Positions 12,000-24,167 of a stretch of DNA of 64,000 bases are shown here, one piece after another. The translations under genes and the position numbers were made by a program. How positions within the stretch are numbered: the stretch's first letter is position 1; every line of letters starts with the position of its first letter. The DNA is taken from assembly GCA_030390025.1 (NCBI GenBank), contig CM059432.1, positions 37,326,001 through 37,390,000 on the forward strand, in the 5' to 3' direction. This DNA comes from Squalus acanthias (Eukaryota). The notes beneath the pieces are model-generated. The model was not told where the DNA came from and did no database searches. It worked only from the letters and a program-made list of their open reading frames with translations.

Positions 12000-14900
12000 T
12001 CATAGAGTCATAACGGCACAGAAGGAGGCCATTCGGTCCATCGAGTCCGTGCCGGCTCTCTGTAGAGCAATCCAGTCAGTCCCATTCCCCCGTTCTATCC
12101 CCGTAGCCCTGCAAGTTTATTTCCCTCAAGTGCCTATCCAGTCTCCCCTTGAAAACATTGAGTGTCTCCACTTCCACCACTTCCATCGGCAGCGAATTCC
12201 AGGTCATCACCACTCGCTGCGTAAAAAAGTTTTTCATCATATCCCCCCTGTATCTCTTGTCCAAAACCTTAAATCTGTGTCCCCTAGTCCTTGTACCATC
12301 AACTAGTGGGAACAGCCTTTCCCCGTCTAGCCTATCCAAACCCATCATAATCTTGTACACCTCTATCAAATCACCCCTCAACCTCCTTTACTCTAATGAA
12401 AACAAATCCAGCTTCTCCAACCTGTCCTTGTAGCTAAGATCCCCCATTCCCAGAACCATTCTGGTAAATCTCCTCTGCATCCTCTCAAGGGCCTTCACAT
12501 CCTTCCTAATGTGTGGTGACCAGAACTGGACGCAATACTCCAGTTGTGGCCTAACCAGCGCTTTATAAAGGTTCAGCATAACTTCTCTACTTTGTACTCA
12601 ATACCTCTATTTATGAAGCCCAAGATCCCATATGCTTTGTTAACCACTCTCTCAATGGGGGAGAAATTCAGTATCGCCCCATTTGGGGCGCAATTATCGG
12701 CCGGGCGCAAAGATTAGCGCCTGGCGCTAATTATCGCCACCGACTGCAAATTTGACTTTTATCGCCCCTGGAGGTGATTGGAGCGCTAAATCAGGCGCTT
12801 CACAACTGTCTTAAGGCGCAAAGGCCGAGGAGCGAGGCGCTACCTCAAAGCGCTGGTGAAGCTCATGTGATGTCAGTCAGCAACAGAACACACACACAAT
12901 GGCACGGGCCAGTTCTTAAAGGGGATGGTTGATCTTGCTTTCCATCCACATCCTGCTCATTGCAGCCTTGAATCTCGGCCTGGAGAGACCTGCACATCAA
13001 ATCTGCTGTAAAGAACAATGGAGAGTACCAGGGAAAGAGCTCAGAGTGCAGCCCCCACAGTCTCTTCTAAATTGATACAAGGAATGGCAAATCAAAATGA
13101 ACCTGTAAAGTGCTGCTCAGTACCCAAAACTCCTTCACACAGCGTTGAATCTCTCCAGAAGACTCTCTCCCTCTCTCTCAGAATGCGTGGTTCAAAAATG
13201 GCACCAACAATAAAAGGCAGGAAGCGGTCGCCTTTAAATAGCGCTCCCCCAGTCCCTTCATGACTGCAAAACGTTCCCCTCAACATGTCGTTGCTAGCGT
13301 CAGGCGGTAAGGCAGGGGGCGCCACTCAATATCCGCTCCGGGGCGATACTGGGGTGTTGCGCACTCGACTGACATCACGATCTGCCGGCGCAGGAGATCG
13401 TGGCGGTAGTGTTTAGCGCCGCCGCAAAGTGTCTCGTTAATTTCGCGAGCGGCGCAAACATCGCCGCGCCCGGGCGCTAGATGATTTGCGACCCATTAGC
13501 GCCCTCTTAAGGCGCTAACGGGAGGCGCAACCAACTGAATTTTTCCCCCAATATGTCCTGCCACCTTCAGGGACCTATGCACATTAACTCCCAGGTCCCT
13601 CTGTCCCTGCACACTCTTTAAAACTGTGCCATTAAGTGTATATTGCCTCTCCTTATTCCTTCTGCCAAAATGCATCACCTCACACTTCTCTGTATTAAAT
13701 TCCATCTGCCACTTGTCTGCCCATTCTGCTAGCCTTTCTATGTCCTGTTGCAGTCAATTGGTATCATCTCACTGTTTGCCACTCCCCAAGTTTGGTGTCA
13801 TCGGCAAATTTAGAAATTCTACTCTGTATTCCAATATCCAGGTCATTTATATGTATCAAAAAAAGCAGTGGCCCCAGCACTGACCCTTGGTGAACACCAC
13901 TGTCTACCATCCTCCAGTCTGAAAAACAGCCATTTACCACAACTCGCTGTTTTCTGTCCTCAAACCAATTCCTTATCCAAGCTGCCACTGACCCACCTAT
14001 TCCATGAGCCTCAATTTTGTTAACCAGCCTTCTATGTGGTACTTTGTCAAACGCCTTCCAAAAATCCATATAGACAACATCCATTGCATTCCCGTCATCA
14101 ATCCTCTCTGTTACTTCCATCAAAAAATTCAGTTAGATTAGTCAAACACGATCTGCCTTTCACAAATCCGTGTTGGCTCTCCTTAATTAGCTTAAACCTC
14201 TCCAAGTGCCCATTAATTTTTTCCTTGATTATTGTTTCTAAAACTTTACCCACCACTGATGTTAAACTGACCGGCCTGTAGTTACTAGGATTGTCCTTAT
14301 ACCCTTTCTTGAACAATGATATAACATTTGCCACTTTCCAATCCTCAGGCACCTCTCCTGCATCTAGGGAAGATTGGAAAATTATGGCAAGCCCTTCCGC
14401 TATCTCCTCCCCCAATTCCCTTAGCAACCTGGGATGCAAGCCATCTGGACCAGGCGACTTGTCCACTCTAAGCATACCCAGCCTTTCTAGTATATCCTTT
14501 CTATCAATTTTCATCCCTTCCATTGCTTCTACCTTTTCCACTTCTACCGATATTTTGTCAGCATCCACCTCCTTGGTAAACACCGATACGAAGTACTCAT
14601 TGAGTATTCTAGCCTTGCCCTGCGCCTCTAAGCATATATCACCTACTTTGTCTCTAATAGGCCCCACCCCGCCTCTTACTACCCTTTTATGTTAACCGCC
14701 ATTCTACTCTCGTATTCTCTCTTTGCCAATCTTATTTTCATCTTCACATCCCCTCTCAACTTATTATATTTGGTCTGGTTCTCCCTTGAAGAATTCACCT
14801 GACATGCATCATATACCCTCTTTTTTGTTTCATCATCTTCTCGATCTCCCTCGTCATCCAAGGAGCCCTTGCTTTGGTTCCCTTACCCTTCCCTCTTGTT

Positions 14901-16610
14901 GGAATGTACCTAGCCTGTACTTGGAACATCTCCTCCTTAAAGATCACCCATTGTTCGGTTACAGTTTTTCCTGTCAGTCTTTGGTTCCATTTTACCCTGG
15001 CTAGATCCTTTCGCATCCCATTGAAATTAGCCCTATTCCAGTTTAGAAGTTCCACTCTAGATTGTTCCTTGCTGCTCTCCATTGCGAATCTAAATCTTAT
15101 GATACGATGATCACTCGTACCCAAGTGTTCTCCCACAGACACTTTGTCGACCTGGCCCACCTCATTCCCCAACACCAGATCCAGCAATGCCTCCTTCCTA
15201 GTTGGGCCAAGAACATATTAGCCAAGGAATTTCTCCTGAACACATTTCAGAAATTCCTCCCCCTCCTTTCCCTTTACCCTAGCATTATCCCAATCGATAT
15301 TTGGGTAATTAAAGTCCCCCAATATCACCACTCTATAGCTCTTGCATATCTCTGCGATTTCCTTGCAGATTTGCTCCTCTACCTCCCTCTCACTATTTGG
15401 AGGTCTATAGAATATCCCCAATAGTGTGATCATACCCTTTTTGCTCCTCAACTCTAACCAAATGGTTCCTGTCCTTGTCCCCTCAAGAACATCCTCCCTT
15501 TCCAATACTACAATGTCTTCCTTAATCAGCACTGCGACCCCAGCTCCCTTTTTTCCTTCCCTATCTTTTCTGAACACCTTGTACCCTTGAATATTAAGTG
15601 CCCAGTCCTCACCGTTTTTAAGCCATGTTTCCGTTATTGCCACAACATCATATTGCCACACGGCTAATTGTGCTTGTAGCTCACCAACCTTATTCACTAC
15701 ACTTGTGCGTTTATGTACATGCATTCTAAACCCATTTTTGAATTTTTCATAGTCTTTCTTAGTCTGCTCCTATCTAATATGGTACTACTTCAGCCTTTAG
15801 TTCTACTTTCTTCTCTAGTACTATCCAACACACTCACTCTTTTATGTACCTTATTGCTCTATTCTACTCCTATATGCTGGTGCCCATCCTCAACAGCACA
15901 AGCAAACCTCCACGTGAGAATATTGGTCCCGGCTCTGTTAAGGTGTAACCCGTTCTGCTTGTCCGGGGACTCCTGCACTACCTGCCTGGTCCTCCTCTTC
16001 TGTCTGGCGGTCACCCATTCCCTCTCTGGCTGCATACTCTTAAGCTGCGGGGTGACCATCTCCAGAAATGTGCTATCCACGTAACTCTCAGCCTCGCGGA
16101 TGCACTGCAGTGACTCCAGCCGCCGCTCAAGCTCCAAAACCCGGAGCTTGAGTTGCTGTAGCTGGTGACACTTCCCGCACATGTAGTCGTCCAAGCTACA
16201 CGAAGCGTCCAGGACTTCCCACATGGCACAGGATGTGCACTCCACAGGACTGAGCTGTCCTGCCATGCCTCTATTTAATAGACTAGTAACTAACCCAGCA
16301 GAAATAAACTTAAAACTTAACAAAAAACTTTCTCCAGCTACTCACCAATCAGCTCTTTCCCTCTATTTAATAGGCTATAAACTAACTTAGCAGAAATAAA
16401 CTTTAAAAAAATGTTTTTTAAACACTCACCAGCTACTGACCAATCAGCTCCTTTCCTTGTGCCGAAGTCACTTTTTTATTCTGACGTCACTTTTTCAAAA
16501 ACTGCCTCTGTTGAGTTGCTGCCGCTCGGGACTGCTCCTTCTAACTGCTCCGCTCTAGCTGCGCTCCCACCAGGTCCGCTCCTTCCAGTCTCCTCTTCTT
16601 CCGCTTCTTC
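12000..16610 (-). mobile_element. Near full-length decayed CR1 LINE (ORF1 and ORF2 remnants) interrupted by a MITE
   Basis: ORF1 CTSCAMWE...CGKC zinc finger, LKLRVLELERRL zipper and GLHLNRAGTNIL esterase remnant; endonuclease [32 protein letters not shown]; tail catagagtcata at 12000. Confidence 0.93.
12657..13549 (+). mobile_element. 893-bp Harbinger-type non-autonomous element (MITE A)
   Basis: 15-bp TIRs GGGGGAGAAATTCAG/CTGAATTTTTCCCCC with one mismatch; AAT TSD; removal restores CR1 ctctctcaatatgtcctgcc. Confidence 0.92.
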
Positions 16611-17129
16611 TTGAATCACTGCAGTCCTTGTGCTGATGGTACTCTCACAATGCTCCTTGAGCCCCTACAGGCCAGGAAGGTCCTAGTTCAGATTCCCAAC
16701 CTTGTGCTGAACACAGCTAGGAAAGCATTTGGGACGCTACAGTTGTCCTAGATTAGGGAAGGAGACAAATCTACCAGGGTTTCTGTTCCTGATTTGTACA
16801 CATGTGGATATTAGTGGAGGAGAGGATTGGGTTCAGCCAAGATGTTTCTCACATTCGAATAGCCTGTCTGGGGTCAGAAGTGAAGAATGGCCCCTTGCGC
16901 TGTCGGATCCTGTGGAACTAAACCGCAGCAAGGGTCAGGGACATCATGGAAGAAGGGGAGAAAGTAGCAAGGTGGGTGAAATGAAGTAAATAAATTGCGC
17001 ACATCTACTTTAAAAGTGGAATCTGTGTCTGGTATAAGTGGGCGTACAGATCCCGTACGATACACATGGCGGCTAGTGTCTTCCATTACTGAAAGTTGAC
17101 TAGGGGCCATTTGATCGCTAACGAGATAA

Positions 17130-17465
17130 AGAACTTGCATTTATACAGCACCTTTCATGGCCTTAGGATGTCCCAAAGTGCTTCACAGTCAATTAAGTAC
17201 TTTTGAAGTGTAGTCACTGTTGTAATGTAGGGAAACATGACAGACAAATGGTGCACAGCAATATCCCACAAACAGCAATGAGATAAATGATAAGATCATC
17301 TGCTTTTAGTAATGTTGATTGAGGGATAAATGTTGGCCAGGACACCGGGAGAACTTCCCTGCTTTTCTTCCAATAGTGCCATGGGATCTTTTACATCCAT
17401 CTGAACAGGCAAATGGGGCCTCAGTTTAATGTCTCATCCGAAAGACGGCACCTCTGATAATGTAG
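17130..17465 (-). mobile_element. Deu-domain SINE
   Basis: gaacttgcatttatacagcacctttc tail plus Deu core atagtgccatgggatcttttacatcc...gtttaatgtctcatccgaaagacggcacc. Confidence 0.85.
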
Positions 17466-17769
17466 AATGCTTTTATTTCAAGCAAATGGACTGTCCGCGA
17501 GGAGGTGTTGAGAGGAAAGTATTACTTTGTGTTTCAAGTTGACTCTGACAGGTCAGTGAACATTGCTGATGGGAGCTGTTGTTGACATAACGATCCATGG
17601 CTTGGCGCGGCAGACACTGACCTGATTTTAACAGTGTTGTGGAGTCGGTCCTTTACTCTTTATTGATCCTGATTGTCACGGAATCAATTGCACTTAATTG
17701 AATTAGTAAGTGTTATAGTTTCAGGTTGTGACTGATGACAGGTGTTGTCACAGTGAACAATGCTGGGAT

Positions 17770-20378
17770 ATAGTTACACAGATAGTCCCAGATTCCTCCA
17801 TCACCATCCCTGGATATGTCCTGTCCCACCGGCAGGACAGATCCATCAGGGGTGGCGGCACAGTGGTATACAGTCGGGAAGGAGTGGCCCTGGGAGTCCT
17901 CAACTTTGACTCTGGACCCCATGAAGACTCATGGCTTCAGGTCAAGCATGGGCAAGGAAACCTCCTGCTAATTACCACTTACCGCCCTCCTTCAGCAGAT
18001 GAATCAGTACTCCTCCATGTTGAACACCACTTGAAGAAGCACTGAGGGTAGCAAGGGCACAGAACGTACTCTGGGTGGGGAACTTCAATGTCCATCACCA
18101 AGAGTGGCTCGGTAGTGCCACTACTGACCGAGCTGGCCGAGTCCTGAAGGACATAGCTGCCAGACTAGGACTGCGGCAGGTGATGAGAAAACCAACACGA
18201 GGGAAAAACCTACTTGACCTTATCCTCACCAATCTACCTGTCGCAAATACATCTGTCTATGACAGTATTGGTAGCAGTGACCACTGCACAGTCCTTGTGG
18301 AGATGAAATCCCGTCTTCACACTGAGGATACCCTCCATCGTGTTGTGTGGCACTACCACAATCTGTAACCTCATGGCCCGGCATATCAACCCTGGTTCAA
18401 TGAGGAGTGCAGGAGAGCATGCCAGGAGCAGCATCAGGCGTACCTAAAAATGAGGTGCCACCCTGGGGAAGCTGTAACACAGGACTACATGCATGCTAAA
18501 CAGCAAAAGCAGCATGCTATAGACAGAGCTAAGCGATCCCACGATCAATGGATCAGTTCAAAGCTCTGCAGTCCTGCCACATCCAGTCGTGAATGGTGGT
18601 GGACAATTAAACAACCAATGGGCGGAGGAGGCTCCATGAATATCCCCATCCTCAATGATGGCAGAGCCCAGCACGTGAGTGCAAAAGACAAGGCTGAAGC
18701 ATTCACAGCCATCTTCAGCCAGAAGCGCTGAGTGGATGATTCATCTTGGCCTCCTCCTGAGGTCCCCACCATCACAGAAGCCAGTCTTCAGCCAATTTGC
18801 TTCACTCCACGTGATATCAAGAAATGGCTGAGCGCACTGCATACAGCAAAGGCTATGGGCCTTGACGACATCCCGGTGTCGTGCTGAAGACTTGTGCTCT
18901 AGATCTAGCCGTGCCACTCGCCAAGCTGTTCCAGTACAGCTACAACACTGGCATCTACCCAACAATGTGGAAAACTGCCCAGGTATGTCCTGTCCACAAA
19001 AAGCAGGACAAAACCAATCCGGCCAATTACCGCCCCATCAGTCTACTCAATGATCAGCAAAGTGATGGAAAGTGTCGTCAACAGTGCTATCAAGCGGCAC
19101 TTACTCACCAATAATCTGCTCACCGATGCTCAGTTTGGGTTCTGCCAGCACCACTCAGCTCCAGACCTCATTACAACCTTGGTCCAAACATGGACAAAAG
19201 AGCTGAATTCCAGAGGTGAGGTGAGAGTAACTGCCCTTGACATCAAGGCTGCATTTGACCAAGTGTGGCATCAAGGAGCGCTAGTAAAATTGAAGTCAAT
19301 GGGAATCAGGGGGGAAACTCTCCACTGGCTGGAGTCATATCTAGCACAAAAGAAGATTGTTGTGGTTGTTGGAGGTCAATTATTCAGCCCCAGGACATCG
19401 CTGCAGGAGTTCCTCAGGGCAGTGTCCTAGGCCCAACCATCTTCAGCTGCTTCATCAATGACCTTCCCTCCATCATAAGGTCAGAAGTGGGGATGTTTGC
19501 TGATGATTGCACAGTGTTCAGTTCCATTCTCAACTCCTCAGATAATGAAGCAGTCCATGCCCGAATGCAGCAAGACCTGGACGACGTTCAGGCTTGGGCT
19601 GATAAGTAGCAAGTAACATTCGCGCCACACAAGTGCCAGGCACTGACTATCTCCAACAAGTGAGAGTCTAACCACCGCCCCTTGACATTCAACGACATTA
19701 CCATCATCAAATACCCCACCATCAACATCCTGGGGGTCACCATGTGCCAGTAACTTAACTGGACCAGCCACATAAATACTATGGCTACAAGAGCAGGTCA
19801 GAGGCTGGGTATTCTGTGGCGAGTGTCTAACCTCCTGACTTCCCAAAGCCTTTCCATCATCTACAAGGCACAAGTCAGGAGAGTGATGGAATACCCTCCA
19901 CTTGCCTGGATGAGTGCAGCTCCAACAACACTCAAGAAGTTCGACACCATCCAGGACAAAGCAGCCCACTTGATTGGCACCCCATACACCACCTTAAATA
20001 TTCACTCCCTCCACCACTGGTGCACTGTGGCTGCAGTGTGTACCAGCTACAAGATGCATTGCAGCACCTCCTAAACTCATGACCTCTACCAGCTAGAAGG
20101 ACAAGGGCAGCAGGAGCATGGGAACACCATCACCTGCAAGTTCCCCTCCAAGTTACACACCACCCTGTCTTGGAAATATATCGCCGTTTCTTCAGCGTCG
20201 CTGGGTCAAAATCCTGGAACTCCCTCCCTAACAGCACTGTGGGAGTACCATCAGCACACGGACTGAAGCGGTTCAAGAAGGCGGCTCACCAACATGTTCT
20301 CGAGGGCAATTAGGGATGGGCAATAACTGCTGGCCTTGCCAACGATGCCCACATCCCGTGTACGAACAATTACAAAAA
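17770..20378 (+). mobile_element. Non-LTR retrotransposon family B, decayed ORF2 from endonuclease to 3' tail
   Basis: GGGTVVY, YRPPS, GNFNVHH, SDH, NYRPISLL, GVPQGSVLGP, FADD; tail gggcaataactgctggccttgcc...cccacatccc. Confidence 0.92.
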
Positions 20379-20659
20379 AGATACCAACATGTCCAACTGT
20401 CCATTTTCCATGTGTGAGCTTAGACAGCAAATGTCAGTGGGCTATTCGACCGTGGCAGGTGTCACAACTTCTCGACATCTGATGTGAACAGAAGCACACT
20501 TTCAAGCAGTAGGGTCACTGGATACTAATCAGGAGTAGGACCCCTGGGTGACCTTCCCTCTGCTCTAGAGCCTGAGGAATGCTGTTGCATCCTGCGTGCC
20601 ATCTCCAGATGAAATCAGCTGAGGTGTGGGCTGCAATGCCCTCCCCAAACCTCAGTTAA

Positions 20660-21580
20660 GAACATAGGAACAGGAGTAGGCCATTCAGTCCCTTGAGCCT
20701 GTTCCGCCATTCAGTTAGATCATGGTTGATCTATATCTTAATCCCATCTACCCGCCTTGGTTCTGTAACACTTGCCTAACAAAAGCCTACCAATCTCAGT
20801 TTTGAAATTTTCAATTGACCCTCAGTCTCAACAGTTTTTTGGGGGGGAGAGTTCCAGATTTCCACCACTCTTTGTGTGAAGAAGTGCTTTCTGACATCAC
20901 TCCTGAATGTCCTAGCTCTAATTTTAAGGTTATGCCCCCTTTTTCTCTATCTACCCTATCAATTCCTTTGATTATCTTAAACACCTCAATCAGATCACCC
21001 CTTAATCTTCTATATTCAAGGTAATACAAGCCTAGTCTATGTGACCTGTCCTCATAACTTAATCCTTTTAGCCTCGGTATTCTGGTGAATCTGCGCTGCA
21101 CCCTCTCCAAGGCCAATATATCCTTCCTGAGGTGAACTGAACGCAGTTACTTCAGATGGGTTCTCACCAGAACAGCTGCAATGTAACTTCCACCCCTTTG
21201 TATTCCAGCCCTCTTGAGATAAAAAAGACCAACAATCCATCAGCCTTTTAAATTATTTTTGTACTTCTCCAATATCTTTTAATGATTTCTGTACTTGAAC
21301 CCTTAAACCGCTTTGCTCCTCCAAAGTTTTTAGCTTCTTGTCATTTAGAAAATACTCTGCTCTATCTTTCTTGGGTCCAAAGTGGATGACCTCACACTTT
21401 CCTACATTGAACTCCATCTGCCACAGTTTTGCCCACTCACTTAATCTATCAATGTCCCTTTGCAATTTTCTGCTCCCATCTACACTATTCAGTGTGCCAC
21501 CTAACTTAGTGTTGTCAGCAAATGTGGATATATGGCTTTCTATTCCTTCATCCAAGTCATTTATAAATAAAGTGAAAAGC
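20660..21580 (-). mobile_element. 5'-truncated older CR1 LINE
   Basis: FADNTKLGG, WQMEFNVGKCEVIHFG, LERVQRRFTR on the minus strand; tail aagaacataggaacaggagtaggccattc. Confidence 0.88.
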
Positions 21581-21734
21581 TGGTTGAATAGTCTGCCAGC
21601 ATGTCAATGCTTGCACATAACGAATGGTCACTCAGCCGAGGTAACTTGGGTGCAACTGTGTCCCAGGGTCAGGAGAAAAGGCGGAGAAAAGAAGCCAACA
21701 TTTGTGGACATTGAGGAAAAAAAACAGAGTCCTG

Positions 21735-21972
21735 CTAGGGGAGTTCTCCCCGGTGTCCTGGCCAATATTTATCCCTCAACCAACATAACAAAAACAGATT
21801 ATCTGGTCATTATCACATTGCTGTTTGTGGGACCTTGCTGTGCGCAAATTGGCTGCCATGTTTCCCACATTGCAGCAGTGACTACACTCCAAAAGTACTT
21901 CGTTGGCTGTAAAGTGCTTTGAGACATCCGGTGGTTGTGAAAGGCGCTATATAAATGCAAATCTTTCTTTTC
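21735..21972 (+). mobile_element. Deu-domain SINE 3' half
   Basis: ggggagttctccccggtgtcctggccaatatttatccctcaacc...gaaaggcgctatataaatgcaa. Confidence 0.85.
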
Positions 21973-22334
21973 TTTAGGGTAGGAAAGCTTCACCGTGAAA
22001 TTGGTAATCTGGCTTTGGGCGTGCTTACAGCAAAGACACCTTACGGAGTTTGGTAGCTGCAGTTTGAGTTCTGGCCAGGCAGGTCCCTGTGTAAATTCTT
22101 TGCCTCCTATCTGGTCGGAACTTTAACCATCCTGTCCGTAAGAGGGCTCATCACACGCTTGGAAACATATGGGCACAGCTCTCTCCCAACTTGTTCATTG
22201 ATGTCCTTCAGAGAAGGGAACTTGCCACTCCTACCTTGTCTGGCCCACTATGTGCTTGACTCTTCATAACATTGTAACAGTTTCAGGCAGGAGAAGATAT
22301 TCGGTCAATTTAGCCCACCTATCCACAGTATTCT

Positions 22335-22775
22335 CCGAGTGCACTCTCTGAGTTGGAAGGTTGTAGGTTTAAGCCCCACTCCAGGGACTTGAGCACATAA
22401 TCTGATAACATTCTAGTGCGGTACTGAGGGATCGCTGCATTGTCAGAGATGTTGAATTTTTGATGAGATGTTAAACCAAGGCCCTGTCTACCTGTTCAAA
22501 TGGATGTAAAAGATCCCATGCCACTATTTGAAGAAGGGCAGGGGAGGTCTCCTGATGTCCTGTCCAATATTTATCCCTCAACCAACATTACCAAAGCAGA
22601 TTAACTGCTCATTTATCTAATTGCTGTTTGTGGGGCATTGCTGTCCGCAAATTGGCTGCCACATTTCAATGAATTTACAACAGTGACTGCACTTCAAAAG
22701 TATTTAATTGGAAGTGAAACGCTTTGGGACATCCCAAGGTCGTGCAATGCACTGTATAAATGCAAGTTCTTTCTT
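22335..22775 (+). mobile_element. Near full-length tRNA-headed Deu-domain SINE
   Basis: B-box-like ggtttaagcc, Deu core gatgagatgttaaaccaaggccc...gatgtaaaagatcccatg, tail tataaatgcaagttctttc. Confidence 0.85.
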
Positions 22776-23714
22776 TAATAACCCTGAATCCCATTTGTTC
22801 ACAAGAACCTGTCTAGTTTCTTCTTGAAACCCATTATGTTTCTTGTTCCAACACCTGTGTCGGTAATCTATTCCACATACTTACCACACTTTCAGGATAA
22901 AAGTTCCTCCTGCATTTCCTATTTTCTTTTGTTCTCCTTAATTGGTAAATATCACCTCTTGTGCTTAAATTGGGAGGACCAAGTCCCCATTCACTGAACT
23001 CTTAAGTTGAGGTCAGGTAGATTTAAAAAGTCTCCAAGGGGCCAAAGGGTCTCCCTTCTCCAAGCACTTTGTAAACCAGGTTTGACTGGATTTCCACTGC
23101 ATACGATGTCAATGTGAAGTGGTGCGAGACTTCCCACTCCAGGGATTCTGTGTAGGAACTGGAGATGACACACCAGTAGGGGGTGGAGTTCTCCCAAATG
23201 TCCTGGCCAACATTCCTCACTCACTGTCCGGGTTGGAATCCTTTACCTTTTATTTCCATGCCTAAAAGAACAAAGAAGAGAGAATAATGAGACCGCTGTC
23301 AAAATTGGAGATTTTCTATCACGAGGCAAACTCCTGAGTCATTGCCTTTGTACAAAAACTGGTCTGTTGTGTGATCCTCAGGGACAAGCAAGATTGCATT
23401 TATTGTATTCTTCTCACTCTTACCTTCTTTTTCTCTGCCCCTCTCTGTATTTATTTTTCCAATTTCAGGCTTTGAAAAAGAAGGCCACATAGCATGTCTA
23501 TCCTAGCATTCGTTGTTCTATTGTAGGCCTTCTGTCAAAACTATTTGGCCTATAGCTGAAATAGAGGGCTTTCATTACCACAATGAATTCTGGGAGAGGC
23601 CTACTTCCATAATGTGCCTTTTCTCATCTAACACAGAAGTGTTCCCAAGTCTGCAAGAGGCAGAGGACCAGAGGCTAAATCTAATCTTTACACTGCGACA
23701 TGTTCTTCCTACAG

Positions 23715-23903
23715 ATGCAATGCTCAGGACTACATCTGGCACAAAGGGATTCGGTGTGAGTTTATCATCACAGAGTTCCAGGTGATGTGTATAGCGATCG
23801 GCTCCTCGGCAGTGGTGATCCTGCTTCTCTTCCTGCTCACTGTCTTCTTCGCAAAGAAGGTGTACTCCTTAAAAACTGAAAACAAAAAGCTTCGGAAAAG
23901 GAG
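23715..23903 (+). CDS. CSPG5: CSPG5/neuroglycan C-type coding exon: end of EGF-like domain, transmembrane helix, juxtamembrane basic stretch
   Basis: Acceptor ttcttcctacag|A and donor AG|gtgggt; 189 nt, phase 2 at both ends. Translates CNAQDYIWHKGIRCEFIITEFQVMCIAIGSSAVVILLLFLLTVFFAKKVYSLKTENKKLRKR, recognisably like vertebrate CSPG5 (CNTQDYIWHKGMRCESIITDFQVMC...). This frame is not in the ORF track. Ortholog versus paralog not resolved. Confidence 0.95.
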
Positions 23904-24002
23904 GTGGGTATAGTGACACCATCCCTCTGGAACAAACACAACGGCAAGTACATGAAAAAAATATTTCAACAATTTACATTTAAACAGCACCAGTACCATA
24001 GC

Positions 24003-24167
24003 CGAAGACCCTTCGTCAGAACTGGCTTTTTTCCAGTTCTGACGAAGGGTCTTCGACCTGAACCGTTAACTCTGTTTCTCTCTCCACGGATGCTGCCTGA
24101 CCTGCTGAGTTTTTCCAGCGTTTTCTGTTGTTATTTCGGATTTCCAGCATCCGCAGTATTTTGCTAT
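24003..24167 (+). mobile_element. Penelope-like terminal fragment with 23-bp perfect inverted duplication
   Basis: cgaagacccttcgtcagaactgg-ctttttt-ccagttctgacgaagggtcttcg, followed by sequence homologous to the reverse complement of 2199-2304. Confidence 0.7.

Noticed and set aside
23513..23785. Listed 90-aa ORF overlapping the CSPG5 exon
   Set aside because: Wrong frame; the real exon starts at 23715 in another frame.
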